Origin: Nitrospirae bacterium MYbin3
GTDB taxonomy: Bacteria; Nitrospirota; Thermodesulfovibrionia; Thermodesulfovibrionales; Dissulfurispiraceae
NCBI GenBank assembly: GCA_002753335.1
Contig: PEAD01000005.1
Span: 106,093-126,092 of the forward strand
Direction: 5' to 3'
Length of the DNA stretch: 20,000 bases
Part shown: positions 16,374 to 20,000 of the stretch, one piece after another
Position numbering within the stretch: position 1 is the stretch's first letter
How the letters are laid out: each line of letters opens with the position of its first letter
Notes under the pieces: generated by a model
The model's input: only the letters and a program-made list of their open reading frames with translations
What the model was told of the DNA's origin: nothing
Database searches by the model: none
Position numbers and translations under genes: made by a program

Positions 16374-17690
16374 TTAAAGCCTCCAGTATAAAAACCCAGC
16401 ATCTTCAGCTTGCTTAGGATCATAAAATGATTTTATATCGATCAAAACAGCAGGAGAACCATTGGATAGGGATTTTAGTTTTGCAAAATCCAAACTTTCA
16501 ATAAATGGCTTATGTTTAACACCAAGAACAATCGCATCGTAAGGACTGAAAGCATCCATAGTTTGAATCAAATTAATGCCATATTCACTTCGAACCTCAT
16601 CCTCATACGCAAAAGGATCGTAAACATGCACACTAATACCGTACTCTCTGAGTTCATGAACCACATTTATCAGCTTGGTGTTTCTAATATCCGATATATT
16701 TTCTTTAAACGTCAATCCAAGCAGCAAAATTTTGCTTCCTTTAACCGGCTTACCAGCTTCGATAATTTTTTTTACGGTATGCTCAGCAACAAACTTCCCC
16801 ATATTGTCATTGATTCTTCTTCCTGCAAGAATAACCTGTGGATGGTAGCCCAAGCCTTCAGCCTTAAAGGTAAGATAGTATGGGTCAACCCCTATACAAT
16901 GTCCCCCAACAAGCCCAGGCTCAAACCTCAAGAAATTCCATTTTGTTGCTGCAGCATCAAGAACGTCTTTAGTATCAATACCCATCTTGTTAAAAATCAC
17001 TGCTAACTCGTTCATTAAAGCTATGTTCAAATCCCTCTGAGTGTTCTCTATTACCTTAGCAGCTTCAGCAGTCTTAATGTTAGGAGCTTTATGCACCCCC
17101 GCAGTTATAACAGCTCCATAAAGCTGAGCTATAAAATCTGTTATCTCTGGAGTATCTCCAGAAACAACCTTTTTGATCTTGTCAATCGTATGCTCTTTAT
17201 CACCAGGATTGACTCTTTCCGGAGAGTATCCAACATTAAAATCCTTTTTCCACTTGAGACCGCTTTCTTTCTCTAGTATAGGTATGCATTCCTCTTCCGT
17301 AAGTCCAGGATAGACTGTGGACTCAAAAATAACAACAGACCCCTTTCTTATATTTCTGCCTACCTTTGTTGTAGCTGAACGCATAGGTCTGAGATCAGGT
17401 GTTTTGTGTTCATCTATGGGCGTGGGAACAGTTACTACAATAACGGAAGCCTCCGCAATAAGCGAAGCGTCGTCAGTAAAACCAATGCTTGACTGCAAAA
17501 GCTCATCCTTAGTTATCTCTCTTGTTCTGTCAAAGCCTTTTTTAAGCTCTTCTATACGCTCACTATTTATATCAAATCCTGTCACAGCAAATTTACTATT
17601 AAATAAAACAGCCAGCGGCAACCCAACATAACCCAATCCTACAACACATATTCTTTTCTCTTTGTTTATAACATCTTCAATTATCAGCAA
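16374..17690 (-). CDS. UDP-N-acetylhexosamine 6-dehydrogenase (WbpO/TviB-like)
   Basis: Rossmann GLGYVGLP, VPTP, ESTVYPG, YSPERVNPG, AEAAKVIENTQRDLNIA, catalytic GGHCIGVDP; TTG start with SD AAGGAG. Confidence 0.93.
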   Translation of the reverse strand: MLIIEDVINKEKRICVVGLGYVGLPLAVLFNSKFAVTGFDINSERIEELKKGFDRTREITKDELLQSSIGFTDDASLIAEASVIVVTVPTPIDEHKTPDLRPMRSATTKVGRNIRKGSVVIFESTVYPGLTEEECIPILEKESGLKWKKDFNVGYSPERVNPGDKEHTIDKIKKVVSGDTPEITDFIAQLYGAVITAGVHKAPNIKTAEAAKVIENTQRDLNIALMNELAVIFNKMGIDTKDVLDAAATKWNFLRFEPGLVGGHCIGVDPYYLTFKAEGLGYHPQVILAGRRINDNMGKFVAEHTVKKIIEAGKPVKGSKILLLGLTFKENISDIRNTKLINVVHELREYGISVHVYDPFAYEDEVRSEYGINLIQTMDAFSPYDAIVLGVKHKPFIESLDFAKLKSLSNGSPAVLIDIKSFYDPKQAEDAGFLYWRL

Positions 17691-17701
17691 AATCTTCTCC
17701 T

Positions 17702-18100
17702 TTAAATAACAGATTTAAAACCTTGATCTTTAAAATGCTTATCAACAGTAAAAACATTCCTTAATGCAAGCTTTCTCATAGTCTCAAAGCTCACGCAATC
17801 AACAAGGCTAAGTTTTTTTCTACCTGTGGCGAGTAAAGCGCTTACTCCCATCTTATGGCTGATTTCATCAACCCACTCAACATGTATAAGCGGCAATATA
17901 TCTTCTTGAAAAGCTCTAACTGCGGCCATGCCAAGGCGACTCTGCACAAGTGCAAACGTTTCAACCAAAATATAATTATTGGTTATAAGATTAGTTCTGT
18001 CTGATATCATTTTTATCCATACTTCTTTCGCCCTTACATGCATATCGTCATCAGCATTAAGCACAGCGATAAACCCGGAAGTATCGATAAATATATTCAT
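17702..18100 (-). CDS. vapC: PIN-domain toxin (VapC family)
   Basis: IFIDTS, ILVET, SLVDC, FTVDKHF supply the four conserved acidic residues; 132 aa; ATGA overlap with the antitoxin gene. Confidence 0.9.
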   Translation of the reverse strand: MNIFIDTSGFIAVLNADDDMHVRAKEVWIKMISDRTNLITNNYILVETFALVQSRLGMAAVRAFQEDILPLIHVEWVDEISHKMGVSALLATGRKKLSLVDCVSFETMRKLALRNVFTVDKHFKDQGFKSVI

Positions 18101-18345
18101 TGACCAAATGCTTCTGAAAGATGCTTATCATGCTTTTCAGAGAGGTCTTTAATACCGGACCTAAAACGTCCAGCTGTAGCTATTGCCCTTTTCATCCTCT
18201 CATCCATATCAACAATATTCTCAGATTTTACTGTAATATTTATAGACTGCCTGATTAGTTCAGCCATAGATATATGACGAAGAGATGCAACTTTTTTTAA
18301 CTGGGCTGCCTGTCCTTCCGTTAGTTGTATCTGGGTTCTAATCAT
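18097..18345 (-). CDS. vapB: Ribbon-helix-helix antitoxin (VapB/CopG-like)
   Basis: MIRTQIQL beta-strand, SMAELIR helix, C-terminal DLSEKHDKHL; directly upstream of the PIN gene; SD GGAGG. Confidence 0.87.
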   Translation of the reverse strand: MIRTQIQLTEGQAAQLKKVASLRHISMAELIRQSINITVKSENIVDMDERMKRAIATAGRFRSGIKDLSEKHDKHLSEAFGQ

Positions 18346-18357
18346 AGATACCTCCAG

Positions 18358-18406
18358 TGATTACATATATGATTAAATGATAACACTATTTCTAAGGATA
18401 AGTAAA
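18358..18406 (-). promoter_or_regulatory. vapBC promoter with three TGAT(T/A)A repeats (candidate operator)
   Basis: Minus strand TTTACT-18 bp-TATCAT with an extended TG. Plus-strand TGATTA at 18358 and 18370 and TGATAA at 18378 overlap the -10 and start region. Confidence 0.5.
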
Positions 18407-18426
18407 AATTTCAGAACTCAAGTTTA

Positions 18427-19551
18427 TCAAACATTACACACTTTCCCTACAACATCTAAGTATTTACCAATAACAATCCTCTCATCAAACTCCCTCAAAA
18501 CTTTTTCTCTTCCCATTTTCCCCATTACTTTTCTTTTTTCTGGCCCCACTTCTATAATTCTAATCATAGCCTCAGCAAGGGACTTCGAATCCTTAATGGG
18601 GATTAAAAAACCGTTAATTTCGTGTTCACATACTTGGCGACAGCCTGGGGTATCGGTAGTAATTATTGGCTTTTCCATCGACATGGCCTCAAGGAGTGAT
18701 TTAGGGGCTCCTTCCCTGTATGAAGGAAGAACAATAACATCAACCTGCTTTATAATCTCCTTAACATTATCGGTCTCACCTAAATATTTCAGAACTCCAT
18801 CATCTTCCCAGCGCTCCACCGTGCTACTGGGAATAGCTTCAGGATTAGGCACATCCATAAAACCCAAAATCTGAAACTCTACATTATTGTATTTTGATTT
18901 GACAATTTGCGCAGCTTCGGCATATTCCCCAATGCCTTTGTCCCATAACAGTCTTGCCATAAGCAAAAATATTATACGCCCATCCCCCCTGTTGCTAAAA
19001 TCAGGCGAAAAAAAAATTGTATCAATACCGGAACCCGGAATCATTTCAGCTAGAGCTTCATTTACAATGCCTTTCCCTACAAAATAATTCAGATCATCAT
19101 TGTTCTGGAAGAATATCTTTTTTGACCCACTGAGAGAGAATTTATATAGAAACTCGGCGAATCTTGTCATCAAGTTATCTTTTATAAAAAGAAAACCTAG
19201 ACCTGAAATATTGTTGACAATTGGAATGCTCAAAAAATAAGCCACAATGGAGCAATAAATATTTGGCTTTATGGTATAAGCCAAAACAACATTAGGTTTT
19301 TCTGATCTCAATATCATGTAGAATTCCCAAATAAGCTTAAGGTCTTTTATTATGTTGGTTCCTTTATTGTCTATGAAAATTTCACGATATGCTATTCCAT
19401 CTTTCCAGAGCATATCAGAATAGCAATCCCTCGGGGCAAGAGCTAAAACATCGTACCCTTCCTTTTGTAAAGCTCTGATAAGCCGCATCCTGAAGTTGTA
19501 AATATTCCAAGCGGTATTGGAGACTATTATTATTTTATTTTTTTTAAGCAT
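18427..19551 (-). CDS. Family 4 (GT-B) glycosyltransferase
   Basis: NTAWNIYNFR, YTIKPNIY, PGSGID, ARLLWDKGIGEY and the EX7E motif (PSYREGAPKSLLEA). Confidence 0.93.
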   Translation of the reverse strand: MLKKNKIIIVSNTAWNIYNFRMRLIRALQKEGYDVLALAPRDCYSDMLWKDGIAYREIFIDNKGTNIIKDLKLIWEFYMILRSEKPNVVLAYTIKPNIYCSIVAYFLSIPIVNNISGLGFLFIKDNLMTRFAEFLYKFSLSGSKKIFFQNNDDLNYFVGKGIVNEALAEMIPGSGIDTIFFSPDFSNRGDGRIIFLLMARLLWDKGIGEYAEAAQIVKSKYNNVEFQILGFMDVPNPEAIPSSTVERWEDDGVLKYLGETDNVKEIIKQVDVIVLPSYREGAPKSLLEAMSMEKPIITTDTPGCRQVCEHEINGFLIPIKDSKSLAEAMIRIIEVGPEKRKVMGKMGREKVLREFDERIVIGKYLDVVGKVCNV

Positions 19552-19578
19552 GTACGCAGATCTGATATGAAGGATACC

Positions 19579-19810
19579 AGAGGTGTCCGGCTTTGTTTGG
19601 ACAGTTTGAACCGATTTTTAAGTGGCAAACTGCTCTGCCTTATGCCGCTACCTCTATCTTCGGTAGTGTAATCCAGTAAACCTCATTTGGCGTTCTGCCG
19701 TCAAGTCCTTGATGCCGACGCCGACTGTTGTAAAACTCAAAATAAGTTGCAAGCCCACTTCTGGCCTCTACTATAGAAACATAAGCCTTTAGATAAATAT
19801 CTTCGTACTT
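19579..19810 (-). mobile_element. Truncated IS3-family element: right end plus last 56 codons of the transposase
   Basis: 19810-19640 translates to KYEDIYLKAYVSIVEARSGLATYFEFYNSRRRHQGLDGRTPNEVYWITLPKIEVAA*, the C-terminus of an IS3 integrase core. Putative terminus AGAGGTGTCCGGCTTTGTTTGGACAG starts at 19579. Confidence 0.85.
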
Positions 19811-19814
19811 CCAC

Positions 19815-20000
19815 AGAAGTGGTCGGGTTTGTCTGTACAGGCTGAAGCCTATTATAAGTGATAAGCTGTTCTATCATGCTGCCACCTTAATAGATGGCAA
19901 TGTGCCATAGTAAACTTCATCTGGTGTTTTGTCGTCAAGTCCTTGATGCCGCCGCCGACCGTTGTAAAACTCAAAATACGCTATAAGTCCTTTTCTTAAT
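19815..20000 (-). mobile_element. Second, diverged IS3-family element (right end; continues beyond the window)
   Basis: 19999-19874 translates to LRKGLIAYFEFYNGRRRHQGLDDKTPDEVYYGTLPSIKVAA*. Terminus AGAAGTGGTCGGGTTTGTCTGTACAG at 19815 aligns with that of the first copy. Confidence 0.85.

Overview
Bacterial chromosomal window; the gene order and style suggest Nitrospirota or a similar anaerobic lineage (inference only). It starts with the methylcitrate genes prpB-prpC (minus strand, prpC truncated at the edge) behind a sigma54-type promoter with paired TGCA-N6-TGCA palindromes. Next come a PAS + degenerate-GGDEF protein, a small secreted protein, ampG, a PAP2 phosphatase and tRNA-Ser(GGA). A 1.74 kb integrase-less islet follows, bounded by a 35-bp duplication of the tRNA 3' end. 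It carries one AAA_14/DUF4143-type ATPase, a long inverted-repeat element and an outward promoter that could drive the SRP RNA. Then come the core genes ffs-dnaX-ybaB-recR-proS. Convergent with these is a surface-polysaccharide locus: Wzz-like protein, SLBB export protein, WecA/MraY-like transferase, nucleotide-sugar dehydrogenase, an embedded vapBC pair and a GT4 glycosyltransferase. The window ends in two stacked IS3-family right ends. The tRNA-Ser islet is the best candidate for an undescribed system. No database searches or folding programs were run; all calls come from reading motifs by eye.
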